This document shows, piece after piece, positions 8,554-19,636 of a stretch of DNA of 57,168 bases (the first letter of the stretch is position 1; each line of letters begins with the position of its first letter). Location: IMG/VR virus record IMGVR_UViG_3300037262_000028, positions 1 through 57,168 of that record; one strand, 5' to 3'. The DNA comes from a virus. Its lineage: Duplodnaviria; Caudoviricetes. The notes beneath the pieces are model-generated. The model was given only the letters and a program-made list of their open reading frames with translations. It ran no database searches and was not told where the DNA came from. A program made the position numbers and the translations under genes.

Positions 8554-9840
8554 TTAATACCCGATGGCGAAAATAACCGGGGTGACACCATTACCGTTAT
8601 CTGAATTGCTCCGTATCACGGCTGCTGAGCCAACTGCTGATGAATAGAATCCGTAAGTCCCGTACTGAGAAGCGGATGAATATAAGCTCGATACGCACAC
8701 TTTCAGCACTGCGTTGGGGAATGTGATCGGGAAGTTAACAACCTGACTGCCTGCAACTGCCTGATTAGCCCCTTGCGTCCACTGAAAAATAATCCCGCTA
8801 GGCAGTTTTACGTAGCCGTTTGCGCTGATGGAATTGCCAGGATTAGCAAAAGCCGTTGTTGCCAGCTGTGTTGTCGCCGTATTTGATGCTGCTGTCGCCG
8901 CGAAGGCCGCCCCGCCAAAATAAGCTCCCGCTCCCGTGGCATCTATTGTCACTGCACCTGTACTGGCATTCCACTGGAAGGGCCGGTAAGAAGTGTATGA
9001 CGCCGCATTTGCCGCAGCCTGGGATGCCTGTACTGAAGATGACAACAGAAAAATGGCCGATCCTGATACGCCGAAAAAAGATTTGTACCACGCCGTACCA
9101 GATCCTGATACGTTGGTAATACCTAACGCCGTACCCGATGCGTTTAATGCTGATGCGGAAAAACTACCGCTGATAGCAGCGCTAACGGCCGAAAAAGCCT
9201 CAACACTTAAGTTACCTAGTGTCTGAATGAAATACTGCCAGTTCGATGCACCAGCAGCCGTAATCGTCGTGCTGCTATTGGTTTGCGTCGTCTGTACGTT
9301 GTACGTTCCTGTACCGCCAGATCCTGTGCCAAAACTAACAATCTGCGTATTTAAAGTTACGCCGGTGCCAGACAAAAGTTGTCCGATAGCGACAGTACCT
9401 GTACTGATAGCCGTAACAGTCAGAATTGTGCCGGTAATGTACCCTGTAAAGGTGGCGTTAGCTGCGTCTGGATTCGTTAAATTGTTATCCGCTGTCGATA
9501 CCCAGAACGTATTACGCGCAGCATTTGCGATAATTGCGCCGTTTGGGTAGCCTCCGATCGCTTCGCAAAATGTAGGGCTAAAACCGTATATATACCCGGC
9601 CTGCAAACCTTGAATCGCCGCAGTTATTTCCTTCAGTATGCCGTTAAAATCCTGACCGAAAGGAGGTACGCCGCCAGCGGCTGTAGGGTTAAATGTCAGA
9701 GGGGGGAACCCGTCAGTAAGCGATGCCGCCCCTGCTGTGATGCCTATCTGAGAAGCTGTCGGGATTGTTCGTATAAATCCGGCTCCCGCGTTATTAGCGA
9801 AGGGAATCGGGAACCCTGCCGGAACATTTGCTACTTGCAT
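8554..9840 (-). CDS. Tail fibre protein 1
   Basis: Paralog of fibre 2 (probable start MQVANVP at 9840); C-terminal [13 protein letters not shown] domain. Confidence 0.85.
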   Translation of the reverse strand: MQVANVPAGFPIPFANNAGAGFIRTIPTASQIGITAGAASLTDGFPPLTFNPTAAGGVPPFGQDFNGILKEITAAIQGLQAGYIYGFSPTFCEAIGGYPNGAIIANAARNTFWVSTADNNLTNPDAANATFTGYITGTILTVTAISTGTVAIGQLLSGTGVTLNTQIVSFGTGSGGTGTYNVQTTQTNSSTTITAAGASNWQYFIQTLGNLSVEAFSAVSAAISGSFSASALNASGTALGITNVSGSGTAWYKSFFGVSGSAIFLLSSSVQASQAAANAASYTSYRPFQWNASTGAVTIDATGAGAYFGGAAFAATAASNTATTQLATTAFANPGNSISANGYVKLPSGIIFQWTQGANQAVAGSQVVNFPITFPNAVLKVCVSSLYSSASQYGTYGFYSSAVGSAAVIRSNSDNGNGVTPVIFAIGY

Positions 9841-9841
9841 A

Positions 9842-11338
9842 TTAAGAGTACCCTTCAAAAAGTGTGCCGGTATTAAATCCTGTAGCGCTGCCTAACCCGC
9901 TTAAATATATCGTAATTGGCAAATTATTCGTCATGTTGAATGTTGTTGTAGTACCGTTTCCGGTTCCAAACAGCGCGTTTTGTGCTGTCGCGCTGTCGCC
10001 GCTAACGATGTTACTTTGTGCTGTACCATTCCATGTCAGGGCGACTGTGGCTGCAGGTGCGACACTAAAAGTGACTGTGCTGTTATCCACGCCGGGCGTA
10101 TAATCTGTGACCGTAGCGCCAGACGTGGTTGATGTCGGTATGAAACTGGTCTGCCCTGCCCCCGATTCAAACTGTGAATTAGCAATCCAAAATGTCTGGT
10201 TATCGTTAGCTGAACTGGCGTCTGGCGTGACATAGCATTCGTAACCGTTTGCAGAGCCGCCGGCAAACGTAGCCGTTATGGCGAAGCAATACCAGCCGCC
10301 CGCTAAAGGAGTAACTACAACACCCCCGGCAGCTATATTCGTAATCGCGCCTGTGGCAATATTTACCGTACTGTTAGCCTGCAGCGTTCCGCTGCCGTCA
10401 TTAATGAACAGATCAACCGTGCAGGTTAGTGTGCCAACCAAAACATAAACAGAAAAAGTAGTTGCTAACCCTGAAAAATTAGTGGACGAAAAAGGTGTGC
10501 CTGCTGAAGTCCATCCGCAAACTGGCGCGGTAACTGCTGCGCTTAGTGTGATTAACGTAGCATCAGTTGTACCGTCTGGTGACGTTGCATTATTATAGGT
10601 GGCCGTACATTGTGTCAGCACATTTAATGCTGCATTGTCCAGATAGTTAGTCCGGGGTGTTGTGTACTGTAATTGGTTACCCTGCCACGTCGCGGCGTAA
10701 ATAGAATTAATAACGACGGCAGGAAAAGCTGACCCGCCATCGGCTTCAGCAAAACCAAAAGCAAAAGGCAACTGAACCTGCATAACATCAAACAGAACGC
10801 CGGTCGGTGGTGTAATCGCTCCTGTCTGCTTAATAATCGCTAATTCGTAAGGCTGCAGCGTAAATTCGAAAGTCAGCCTGGCCTGCATGTTACCTAAATT
10901 TGTTACGTAAGCGTTTCCCCTGCCGGGGAATAACGTCATTAAAATCTGGTTGTAGGCAGGTGACGTCGATGTGCTGATATTCATGAGCGCTTTAGCCAGA
11001 ATAAGCGACCTGAACACTGGATCTGACAACACGTAATTACTGGTTGTTTGCGTTCCGTTATAGAAATTGGACTGCCCGAATTCCGCCGCGCTGGCTGTTG
11101 TTGCTTCTTCAAAACCAAATGGCATACCCGCAGGCAAACTCACCGTGTTACCGATATTAACGATACGCCCCCACACCTGCAGACCGTAGCCGGTCGCCGT
11201 TTCAATATTCCATACGTTATTGTAAAAATTATTGATATTAGTTGTTGGGTCTAACTCAGAATTCCATGCCTGAACCACACTATTTAGTGTTGGCGAATTG
11301 GCGTACTGAGCAAGAATTGTTTGTTCTAAATTTTGCAT
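9842..11338 (-). CDS. DUF2612-type baseplate wedge protein with a large inserted beta-sandwich domain
   Basis: [33 protein letters not shown] motifs; directly after baseplate J. Confidence 0.8.
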   Translation of the reverse strand: MQNLEQTILAQYANSPTLNSVVQAWNSELDPTTNINNFYNNVWNIETATGYGLQVWGRIVNIGNTVSLPAGMPFGFEEATTASAAEFGQSNFYNGTQTTSNYVLSDPVFRSLILAKALMNISTSTSPAYNQILMTLFPGRGNAYVTNLGNMQARLTFEFTLQPYELAIIKQTGAITPPTGVLFDVMQVQLPFAFGFAEADGGSAFPAVVINSIYAATWQGNQLQYTTPRTNYLDNAALNVLTQCTATYNNATSPDGTTDATLITLSAAVTAPVCGWTSAGTPFSSTNFSGLATTFSVYVLVGTLTCTVDLFINDGSGTLQANSTVNIATGAITNIAAGGVVVTPLAGGWYCFAITATFAGGSANGYECYVTPDASSANDNQTFWIANSQFESGAGQTSFIPTSTTSGATVTDYTPGVDNSTVTFSVAPAATVALTWNGTAQSNIVSGDSATAQNALFGTGNGTTTTFNMTNNLPITIYLSGLGSATGFNTGTLFEGYS

Positions 11339-11339
11339 A

Positions 11340-12752
11340 TTAAGAGAAAACTACGGCGATATTCGTTGCTGATAAAGTCGGAACCTGATTCGCTGCCATC
11401 AACACCGAACTTAGCGTCGGTGCTGTAACGCCTAATTCTATTGAGTAAATAACCGCCCACGAACCGAGCGCGGCAATATTAGCGTAGTATCTGCTGGAAT
11501 AAAGAGAACTGCCAATACGCGCCTTAGTGCCGCCGTCTTGCCCTGCAAAAGACTGAATTACCGCAGCCTGAACTAAAGCGATAGCGTTAGAAGGCGTATT
11601 ACTATTTAACTGCATAGAAATACTAAACAGTATTGGTGTGGCCGCCGGTGTTTCAAAAGCAATCTGATAAGACGGGTAGGGCGGGTTATAACCTGAAGCG
11701 GTGTCATACACTGTCACGGTCGTATTTCCGTTGTAGTTACACCCGGGACTGACGTTAGCCCACAAGGCGTTACCGATTGCTTGTGCAACGCCGCCATATA
11801 CAGACGCATAAATTGAGTTGGGCAGCAACTGAACACCGCCTACTGCACAGGTGATGGATTCACTGCCGACAGTCTGTGAAAAATTCAGCGCGTATGTTCC
11901 CGTACTACCTGTGCCTGTACCCAGCGATGTGATATAAGTGCCTTGCGTAATACCGCTTCCTGTCAGCATCTGATTGACCGCAACAGTACCGGATGCTACT
12001 GCAGTAACAGTGAACGTTGTGCCTGAAATACTGCCTGTAACAACAGCGCCGCTCGTAATGGATAGCGGGTTCTGAATAACGTAAACATCTTCCACGCCAG
12101 CTACGGCGAATAAGGCCGACACAACCGCCGGCAGACTACCTTGCGCATTAATCGCGACAGATTGTTCGCGGCGCAATTCGAATGCCTGGGGTGTCTCCGT
12201 GTTGTACCCGACTACACCTGCAGCCGGGTTGTAAATGCTGTTCCAGCCAGGTACCGTTTTGTAAATAGAACTTAAATAGCCGATAGGGCAGGCGATAGGT
12301 CCGGCGGTACTGCATTCAAACGTCAGCGATATACTGCCGCCTGTTGGGATTGTTCCGCCTGCTGTGGCCAGATAGATATTGCCTGCCTGATCGATCGCCG
12401 TAGCGTTAATAGGTATAATTGCCCCGACAGCGCCTATGCAGGTGCAGGTAACGACAGTGGCCTGCGCAGCGATACGGGTCATAAAATAAATGCGCCCGAT
12501 AGCGTCTTGCATCCGCCCGGAAGAAAACGCAGGGTCGACATTATTCATCAGCGTCAAAAACTGACTATTCACGTCGCCAATAATCGCTGTCAGCGATGTC
12601 GCTAACTGACCTTGGGGCGATGTCAGTGCAGGATTAAGATTACCGCCGAAAGCCTGGTTTAAATCCGCCTGAACGCCAGTCAGTATTGCTTCTTCAGTTG
12701 GCGGTACCCAACCGTTCGTGCCTATACTTGGAAATGGTACGTTTGTCGACAT
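11340..12752 (-). CDS. Baseplate J-like protein
   Basis: [38 protein letters not shown] motifs. Confidence 0.9.
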   Translation of the reverse strand: MSTNVPFPSIGTNGWVPPTEEAILTGVQADLNQAFGGNLNPALTSPQGQLATSLTAIIGDVNSQFLTLMNNVDPAFSSGRMQDAIGRIYFMTRIAAQATVVTCTCIGAVGAIIPINATAIDQAGNIYLATAGGTIPTGGSISLTFECSTAGPIACPIGYLSSIYKTVPGWNSIYNPAAGVVGYNTETPQAFELRREQSVAINAQGSLPAVVSALFAVAGVEDVYVIQNPLSITSGAVVTGSISGTTFTVTAVASGTVAVNQMLTGSGITQGTYITSLGTGTGSTGTYALNFSQTVGSESITCAVGGVQLLPNSIYASVYGGVAQAIGNALWANVSPGCNYNGNTTVTVYDTASGYNPPYPSYQIAFETPAATPILFSISMQLNSNTPSNAIALVQAAVIQSFAGQDGGTKARIGSSLYSSRYYANIAALGSWAVIYSIELGVTAPTLSSVLMAANQVPTLSATNIAVVFS

Positions 12753-12785
12753 TGAGAATCCTAATTATTAATAGCCTGGTACCAT

Positions 12786-13883
12786 TTAATTCAAAATGAC
12801 GTAATTATAAATACTGGTGTCTGAGGTAGCGCAAATAACAACAAAAGACGTCGCGCTGGTAATCGTTTTAATGTTTGGCGTCCATGAAACAGTACCGCCT
12901 GGGGTATTCGTTGAGATGATAACGTTAGACGTTGATAATATATTCGTGTTTGTGATCGTGATCGATCCCCCCGATGTGCAGGTAAATGTGCCTGCACGCC
13001 CACTGGTCAGTGTTACGCTGTTTGTGCTGACTGATCCGCCGTACACATTAACCGCTGTAGCCGCTAAGGTGGCGTAGCCTGCCGTTAAGCCGGGCACATT
13101 TAAACTGTAGCTTGGTGTGGTACCGCCAACAAGAACGCCTGACCCTGTTGGTAATCTGGTTGGGGTGCCGCTGGCGCCGCCGTAAATCAGATCGCCCGCC
13201 GTCGTCATCGGGTTAGTGAAGCCTCCTGGTGAAGTGCCCCAAATAAAAGATGTGCCGTTCCACTCTAAAAATGTTGATGATGATACCGGCGCCGTGATAT
13301 AGGCCGTCACACCTGGCGCTGTCTGGTAGGAAATAGTATTCGTGGTCCCGCCCGCTGTAGCGGTCGCTTCAGCGGCCAATGTAGTTGTTGCTGCGTTTCC
13401 GCTAATATTACAAGCAGCGCACGTACCTGTCAGATTCGTTATATCGCCTGACGCTGGCATACCCAGCGCAGGGGCGACTAAAGTGCCGCCGTTAGATAAA
13501 ACAACGTTACCTGTTCCGGTTGTAGCGTAAGAAGGAAGCCATGCAGATCCGGACGAATTAGGTATCCCGGCACCTGGGTAAGTAAATGACCCGCCGCCGC
13601 CCGGCGCCCAGTAAGGCGGTACACCAGGACCGTTAGATGTTAGTACGTAGCTACTCAGACCGTAGTTATTAAGCGTCTGGCTGTCGCCGTAACCGTTTCC
13701 CAGCATCACACCGTATTTTAAGAGTGGGCCAGAGGTATAAGTTACGCGTGCAGTAAAAGCATTATTCAGGGATGTCGCTGTTACTGTCTGACCTTCAGAC
13801 CAGGGAAATCCTGTTGTCTGCGAATAAAGCAGTGCGCCCGCCGACAGAAACAGCACAAACACGATAATTTTTTTCATAGTCAT
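12786..13883 (-). CDS. Fibre-like Gly/Thr-rich protein with a signal-peptide-like N-terminus
   Basis: MKKIIVFVLFLSAGALLYS leader; VLTSNGPGVPPYW and TTAGDLIYG..GTPTRL fibre motifs. Confidence 0.65.
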   Translation of the reverse strand: MTMKKIIVFVLFLSAGALLYSQTTGFPWSEGQTVTATSLNNAFTARVTYTSGPLLKYGVMLGNGYGDSQTLNNYGLSSYVLTSNGPGVPPYWAPGGGGSFTYPGAGIPNSSGSAWLPSYATTGTGNVVLSNGGTLVAPALGMPASGDITNLTGTCAACNISGNAATTTLAAEATATAGGTTNTISYQTAPGVTAYITAPVSSSTFLEWNGTSFIWGTSPGGFTNPMTTAGDLIYGGASGTPTRLPTGSGVLVGGTTPSYSLNVPGLTAGYATLAATAVNVYGGSVSTNSVTLTSGRAGTFTCTSGGSITITNTNILSTSNVIISTNTPGGTVSWTPNIKTITSATSFVVICATSDTSIYNYVILN

Positions 13884-14317
13884 CCTAAAATGTCGCCGCC
13901 GCCTAACACGGATGCATCTAATGTGAATGTTTGCGCGCCCTGTACGCCTTGCCCGCCTGATAGTGGTACAGCCAGAGCTGCTGTTGCGCCGGTTACAGAC
14001 GTCACCTGAAGCTGACCGTATAAACTGCGGTTAACAAGCCCGGTAAAAAACAGTTGTGTCGAAGCGATATCAGGTGTTGTATTCGCTGCTGCAATAGCGT
14101 TAGCGCGGATCAGTTCATAGGGTATAGGGGTGACACCGAAAATCTGAGTGAAATAAGGCAGTCCTTGCGTCGTATCATAATAAACTTCGCCTGCGAATGT
14201 CCTGACGGTACTGGCCGCGTCTTGCACCAGTGAGTAAGGTTCGGTTGCCATTGCGATGTTACCGAAAGCATCTTGCGCTAAATCCCAGGTCGACGGCAGC
14301 AAAAATAATGTGTTCAT
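13880..14317 (-). CDS. Baseplate wedge initiator (gp25/W-like)
   Basis: TWDL..D..GNIA, GEVYYDTTQGLPY; position after the spike gene. Confidence 0.75.
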   Translation of the reverse strand: MNTLFLLPSTWDLAQDAFGNIAMATEPYSLVQDAASTVRTFAGEVYYDTTQGLPYFTQIFGVTPIPYELIRANAIAAANTTPDIASTQLFFTGLVNRSLYGQLQVTSVTGATAALAVPLSGGQGVQGAQTFTLDASVLGGGDILG

Positions 14318-15093
14318 TAAACTGTAGTTCCTGTGTTGATAGTTGAACTGCCGGTCTGTACGTTAACCACCTGATGATGGTGCGTAGTTAAACTGTGACC
14401 CCCACCTACTGCTGTTGTTACATCGCCAGTCGCCGCCACGCTGCCTGTCACCACTGCGTTACCGTTAACCGTAAATGTAGGTGTCGTCACTGTGACCGAC
14501 GATGTTGCGTTAAGCTCTATAGTAGGTGCAACTAATTTAATATCCGTTGCCTGCAGCTCGATCAGATTTGGCGATACCAGCGTTATACCGGTCGCACTGA
14601 ACTGAACGTATTGCGTTGGTATCCCATTCAAAAATCCGCCAAAATACACGCCATCTGACATGGAAAACCGACGGTTTGAATCGGGGTTGCTTAGTAACGG
14701 ATTATTAGGTGTGCCTGCCGTAGAGGATGACGCTGACGCGCTATTAGCCACGACCTTACTGATGTCTTTTTCAACAAAAACTGCCAGCCCGATATCGCCT
14801 TTTTGTGGGTCTAAAATTATTGCGTTCGCCCCTCCCTGCATACGGAAATAAGGCACACCACTCAAAATAGAATGAGGTATAGCGTTACCGTATCCATCCG
14901 TCTGATTAATTAGGGGCTGTACGCTAACGAATCCAACCGCGGCGTCTGTGCCCGTATTAGTGACTGAAACAACCTGCACTAATGTTGCTGTGTGTTTGCG
15001 ATTTAGTATTTGGGTTATTGTGTAGATCAGCGCGTTATAGTCGCCCTGCATATTAGCTGCAGTCGCCGTACTCTGATAAGCATCATCATCCAA
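14317..15093 (-). CDS. Baseplate spike (gpV/Gp138-like)
   Basis: OB-like N-part VQPLI, DPQKGDIG; beta-helix repeats; C-terminal HHH metal-binding tip. Confidence 0.85.
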   Translation of the reverse strand: MDDDAYQSTATAANMQGDYNALIYTITQILNRKHTATLVQVVSVTNTGTDAAVGFVSVQPLINQTDGYGNAIPHSILSGVPYFRMQGGANAIILDPQKGDIGLAVFVEKDISKVVANSASASSSTAGTPNNPLLSNPDSNRRFSMSDGVYFGGFLNGIPTQYVQFSATGITLVSPNLIELQATDIKLVAPTIELNATSSVTVTTPTFTVNGNAVVTGSVAATGDVTTAVGGGHSLTTHHHQVVNVQTGSSTINTGTTV

Positions 15094-15979
15094 CCCATAT
15101 CCCCTTTAATACTGTGAACCACGCGCCGCCCGGCGTTTCGCTTTCCAGCGTATGTACAGCAGAAGCAATGGTCCAGGTGTTATTAGCCAGTGTTAATGCG
15201 CTGTCAGTTACCGTAAATCGGTTGCCCTGACTCAGATTCGGTAAAAATACAGTTTTTATATCAACCCCCTGTTGTGAAAAAGTAGGGTAACTAACCAGAC
15301 CGTTACTAGGCGATATGATAGGTATTAACCCTATATTCGGGATAAAACCCTTCACTGGCCATATCGTCAATACGCCTAATTCTATTTTATAATTTACACC
15401 TGCCGCCGCCGCGCATTCACGGATCTGATCTAAGCCTGACCCTGGAAGATACATATTAGTCAGTGTCGTAGCAATATTTTGCGGATTGGAATAAGTCAGA
15501 TTAAGTGAAGGCACCGCATTATTCATACCTGCTACGATAGCCTGAAATATCGTATTTATGGACGTTGTACCAGGAAAACTTGTGGCGTTCACCGGCAACA
15601 CTGCGTGCCATAAATAGGCTATCGCGGTAATATTCAATGCTGAATCGGGCGGCGACGCAAAGTCACCCCAAGCGGTGATAATCGAGCCTGTAAAAATAGT
15701 TGTCAATGCTGAACCGCTATTTCCGACCGCAACCCGTACTGTATTACCGCCTTTGTACTGGCCTAAAATTTGGCCAAGACATGTTAACTGGTTAATTAGC
15801 GGAAGCGTTACCCCGGATATACGCAACTGTACGGCGGCGCCAGCATCGCCGCCATAAATCTGACAATCGCACCGGACACGATAACCTGACAACGTTACGC
15901 TACTACCAAGACCGTTTCCAAAATCGCCTGTACCTAATGTGAGCGTGACTTCAATGACACGTTTAACGAAACTCATCAA
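15086..15979 (-). CDS. Baseplate hub protein
   Basis: Position, size and IFTGSI / GLVSYPT motifs typical of this myovirus group. Confidence 0.7.
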   Translation of the reverse strand: MMSFVKRVIEVTLTLGTGDFGNGLGSSVTLSGYRVRCDCQIYGGDAGAAVQLRISGVTLPLINQLTCLGQILGQYKGGNTVRVAVGNSGSALTTIFTGSIITAWGDFASPPDSALNITAIAYLWHAVLPVNATSFPGTTSINTIFQAIVAGMNNAVPSLNLTYSNPQNIATTLTNMYLPGSGLDQIRECAAAAGVNYKIELGVLTIWPVKGFIPNIGLIPIISPSNGLVSYPTFSQQGVDIKTVFLPNLSQGNRFTVTDSALTLANNTWTIASAVHTLESETPGGAWFTVLKGIWVG

Positions 15980-16287
15980 CCTGCCCCGTTCAAATCAGAT
16001 ACCTGTAAATAATAAAGAAGATATCGCGCACCGAGTCCCGGACTACTTGGGGGATTTGTTCCCTGCGTATCGTAAAAAGCCAGATCACCCAGAAAACCGA
16101 GATAGGTATTCTGGACTATTTTGGTCCAGTTATTGCACAGTACGCCGCCCACAATAAGTGTGCCGCCTACATACAGATCGCAAAAGAATCCGGTCGACTT
16201 CTGGTATAAATTAATTGTGCAATTCTGGCCGCCTAACCCTACCGTGATCGTTTGTGCATATTCATCAATCAGCGGGATAGTTTGCAT
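15976..16287 (-). CDS. Small baseplate protein
   Basis: MQTIPL...Q...LGGQNC...YLGFLGDLAFYDTQG...LGARYLLYY pattern. Confidence 0.7.
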   Translation of the reverse strand: MQTIPLIDEYAQTITVGLGGQNCTINLYQKSTGFFCDLYVGGTLIVGGVLCNNWTKIVQNTYLGFLGDLAFYDTQGTNPPSSPGLGARYLLYYLQVSDLNGAG

Positions 16288-16289
16288 AG

Positions 16290-16979
16290 CTATTTTCCTA
16301 AAACAGTCGAGGCCGCCGGGGCGTTAACCGGCGGTGGTTGGGGTGTTACCTGATTTGGCTGGGCCGCAGCACCATCAGGTTGCGCCGTATTGCTAAATGC
16401 TGCAGAAGTACTAACCCTGATTTCGACCAGCGAAATATCAGCGACAATCATACCGGCACCCTGACCAGATGTGCGCCGGTAATCAAACCCGGTGATATTC
16501 GCATTCAGGTATGTTTTTTCTGGCGTGACAATATCATACAGATCGAAACTGGCTTCCAATGTTTCTAAATCATCTAAAAAAAATGCCCTGTTAGCCGACC
16601 CGTCAGGTCCGTTGCTGCCAACAGCCATCTGTATCCGTGCCTCATAGGGTTTTGCAATTTTATTGTACTGCCCAAAGGAGCCGCCTTCAACTGGATAATC
16701 TGGTACGCTCGATTCTTTATGGTATTCAAGTGACAGCACTGTATCTGGCTGCAAGACCGGTACACCATTAAGATAAATACCCCACTGCAGTTTAATCGGC
16801 GTTTGAGTGATACCTGCGTATATGCCGTTATAAATTGCCTGATTAACGCCCTGATTATTGGCTTGCTGCGCGGAGTTAACTAAACCGTTAGCGCCGATAA
16901 TAATATCGGAAGTCAGCAAAACCGCAACGTCGACGGCTAAACCGATATCGTTAACCAGTTGGGGGATACCTGAACCCAT
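16290..16979 (-). CDS. Tail tube initiator / Dit-like baseplate protein
   Basis: YPVEGGSFGQYNK..P motif; directly after the tape measure. Confidence 0.7.
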   Translation of the reverse strand: MGSGIPQLVNDIGLAVDVAVLLTSDIIIGANGLVNSAQQANNQGVNQAIYNGIYAGITQTPIKLQWGIYLNGVPVLQPDTVLSLEYHKESSVPDYPVEGGSFGQYNKIAKPYEARIQMAVGSNGPDGSANRAFFLDDLETLEASFDLYDIVTPEKTYLNANITGFDYRRTSGQGAGMIVADISLVEIRVSTSAAFSNTAQPDGAAAQPNQVTPQPPPVNAPAASTVLGK

Positions 16980-18595
16980 TAGTGCACTCCAGTCGTCGCC
17001 ATCGCCACATGAATCGCAGGTTTAATCGTCCCTGCAATACCTGGTGCATCGGTTGCTGCTGTTTTTATATTAACTGAATCGATATTCACCGTAGTTGATG
17101 ACGAATTACTGGCGCTCTTGCCCACTGCTGTTGCATTCGCCCCGAGCGCCCCCGCATATCCTAAGCGCTTATTTAGCGAGGCTGATAAATCCGTGGCGCT
17201 GGGCGCTTCATAAATTCGCGCGAACGCTTCAGTCATTTCACCTACTGACGATCCTGACAAGGCGTTTTTATATCCTGGGTTCGTATCCAACTCAGATTTC
17301 AGAAACTTAAGCTGTTCGTCTTCTGTTCCTTTGTCCAAACCGTGTCCAAACATTGCTTTAAAAGCGTCTTGCCGCGCACCGCGCCAGTTAGCTAATCCTC
17401 TCGCGCCTTGGCCGCCACCTTTCGGGTTATAGGACCCGGGGTTCAGGCTGCTCTCAGCTTGCAAATTACCCGTAATGGCTTTTGCCTGGTCTGTCGTAAA
17501 ACCCATCGCTTTCAATTTATTGATAATGCGTAACTTAGCTTCTTTCTGTTCGCCCGTTGATAGAGGCCCTGTCGGTGTTGCGGATGGTTGAGTTGAACTG
17601 TCGCCAAAAATATCATAGCTGCGATCTTTATGCCTGCTAGCCCCCCATCTGCTGATCCAACCTAAGCTATTACCTATCGCTTTGCCGACCAGATTAAATA
17701 GCTTAGCGACCCATTCTACTACAGTAGCCAAAGTCCCGACGCCGTCTGAAAAACTAATCAGATCCTGTTTGAATTGATCCGTCACCAACCATGCAGCCAA
17801 ATCTTGCAAAGGCTTCATAAAATGGTTCAACACTTCAATGCCTGCTGCGGCTAATTCATTACTGACTTTATTCCAGGCTTTACGCAATTCTTCTGAATCG
17901 CCAGCCAGTTTCATCTGTTCATTAACAAGTTCTGCATTCGCGCGCAGTAATTTTTTGGCTGCTTCCGGGCCGTCTTTCAAAATCGGGTATAGACTAGCGG
18001 CGATACCGAGTTCGGAAGAGGCTAAATTACCGGCCGCTTCAGCATCTGTCTGCGTCCCGCCTTTTTCCAGAACATTGCGGCGTACACGTGCGATCGCTTC
18101 AGATTTTTTAAGTAGCAAATCAAGGCCACTCGTCGCCGACGATATATCGACCCCGTTGACCATCACGCCCTGACTTACTTCACGGTACTTACGAAATCGG
18201 GCAAACTCTTCATTCGCTTTAGAAATCGCCGAAGTTGCATCTTCAGCAGTACCGCCTGCCTGTTCGGCCGCAGCGCGCCATTCGAAAATTTCTTTCTTGT
18301 TTATAGCGAAATTATCCGACAAACGCTGTACGGAAGCTGTCGAATCCAGCATATTGCTGACAAACGTCTTAATGCCTGATACGGACGCGTAAATTCCTAC
18401 GATAGAAATCAATTCACGTTTCAGTTTACTGAACGCCTCTGCGGCTGATGACCCTGATTTATGAAGGCTTTGGCCGGTCTTGCCTGACTGACCTTCTATA
18501 TTTTTCAGATGCTTTACGGCCGCTTGCTGTTCAGTAGTGAACTGAGTCGTATCGAGCGACAAAGAAACAACAAGACTTTCAATAACGGTTGGCAT
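16979..18595 (-). CDS. Tape measure protein with a C-terminal lysozyme-like domain
   Basis: MPTVIESLVVSL start, helical Ala-rich body; GNLQAESSLNP...GLANW phage tail lysozyme motif. Confidence 0.85.
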   Translation of the reverse strand: MPTVIESLVVSLSLDTTQFTTEQQAAVKHLKNIEGQSGKTGQSLHKSGSSAAEAFSKLKRELISIVGIYASVSGIKTFVSNMLDSTASVQRLSDNFAINKKEIFEWRAAAEQAGGTAEDATSAISKANEEFARFRKYREVSQGVMVNGVDISSATSGLDLLLKKSEAIARVRRNVLEKGGTQTDAEAAGNLASSELGIAASLYPILKDGPEAAKKLLRANAELVNEQMKLAGDSEELRKAWNKVSNELAAAGIEVLNHFMKPLQDLAAWLVTDQFKQDLISFSDGVGTLATVVEWVAKLFNLVGKAIGNSLGWISRWGASRHKDRSYDIFGDSSTQPSATPTGPLSTGEQKEAKLRIINKLKAMGFTTDQAKAITGNLQAESSLNPGSYNPKGGGQGARGLANWRGARQDAFKAMFGHGLDKGTEDEQLKFLKSELDTNPGYKNALSGSSVGEMTEAFARIYEAPSATDLSASLNKRLGYAGALGANATAVGKSASNSSSTTVNIDSVNIKTAATDAPGIAGTIKPAIHVAMATTGVH

Positions 18596-18819
18596 TAATC
18601 ATCTCTGCTTAAATGTTCATTGTAATTATCAACCAGGATAATTTCAATCATGTCATATACGTCTTCGATGCTGTACACCGTATCAAGCTCAGCCATTGTG
18701 GCTTTATCATGAGAGATGACCATTCCTAAAGTCCGCGGTACATTAAGATAGTTAATGCACCGCTTATCGGGGATGCCGCCGAATTTTACTGAGAACTTCC
18801 GGCGGCCGGCGAAAAATTT
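18595..18819 (-). CDS. Frameshift-extended tail chaperone (GT-like) segment in the -1 frame
   Basis: Slippery A-AAT-TTT (18819-18813); -1 frame encodes ...YLNVPRTLGMVIS..ATMAELDTVYSIEDVYDMIEI..VD and ends at TAA overlapping the tape measure ATG. Confidence 0.75.
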   Translation of the reverse strand, partial: KFFAGRRKFSVKFGGIPDKRCINYLNVPRTLGMVISHDKATMAELDTVYSIEDVYDMIEIILVDNYNEHLSRDD

Positions 18820-19193
18820 ACGTGCAGTAGCAAAATCTCTTTACGCAAGACCAATCTGGTTTTCACTTCTTCGATGTCATCTTCAATCAGATTGCGAAGC
18901 ACCGCTGGTTTACCCGGGTCGGGCATAGCCTGCACGCACTGGAACATTTCATCCATCAGCGGTTCCACATCGTAATAGTTCATACCAGCTAAAGCTTTGA
19001 ATCCAATTGCGGCGATGCCCGCCATACCAGATTGCATGACATCTTCTGGAATATCGACTCCGCTTTTAGCTAAAGCCAGAAAAACTTTCATCGCCCAACG
19101 TTCAGCTTGTGAAGCAGGCATTTCTTTCAGCTGAAATACTTTGCCTTTATCCCGTCCTTCCGCCGCGATCGTAATGGTTGCGGTTTTACGCAT
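18786..19193 (-). CDS. Tail assembly chaperone (G-like)
   Basis: GRDKGKVF..EMPASQAERWA, DDIEEV motifs; start at 19193 in a TAATG overlap with the tube stop. Confidence 0.8.
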   Translation of the reverse strand: MRKTATITIAAEGRDKGKVFQLKEMPASQAERWAMKVFLALAKSGVDIPEDVMQSGMAGIAAIGFKALAGMNYYDVEPLMDEMFQCVQAMPDPGKPAVLRNLIEDDIEEVKTRLVLRKEILLLHVNFSPAAGSSQ

Positions 19194-19621
19194 TATGCAG
19201 GTGCTCCTAAGATTGTTTGCCATTTGATCTGAAACCGGCGCGGTGCCAGCACTTTCTTACCCGCAGCTAAAGGCGTGTAATTAGCCAGAACTCCATTCGT
19301 TAACGCGTATGCCCGTGAGATGCCAGGCTGATATATCGTACCGAATGCCTGATAAATTTCACGTTGCGCTTCCTGCGATGCGTACCACGCCTCGAAAAAG
19401 ACATTCGACACACTATCCGGTTGCAGGGTGACGTGCATAATTTTAATCTGCGGCACCCAGCCAGTCGACATAATTCCGTCAACGCCGATCAGGGCTTCGA
19501 CAGGATCTACCGCGTCAACCTCATAGGCGTCATCTTGTGCGAAGCCTATCATTTGTTGCGGGGTGTTAAACAAACTTGTTACGCCCAGATAAAGGGTACT
19601 GTTTGCTGAAGTAATGCTCAT
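19193..19621 (-). CDS. Tail tube protein
   Basis: MSITSANS, GFAQDD, GVDG..S.G motifs; follows the sheath. Confidence 0.85.
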   Translation of the reverse strand: MSITSANSTLYLGVTSLFNTPQQMIGFAQDDAYEVDAVDPVEALIGVDGIMSTGWVPQIKIMHVTLQPDSVSNVFFEAWYASQEAQREIYQAFGTIYQPGISRAYALTNGVLANYTPLAAGKKVLAPRRFQIKWQTILGAPA

Positions 19622-19636
19622 GGTGAATATCCTTTA

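Noticed and set aside
7594-9858. Diversity-generating retroelement or invertible fibre cassette
   Set aside because: No reverse transcriptase or invertase; differences between the paralogs are not adenine-specific and both lie on the same strand.
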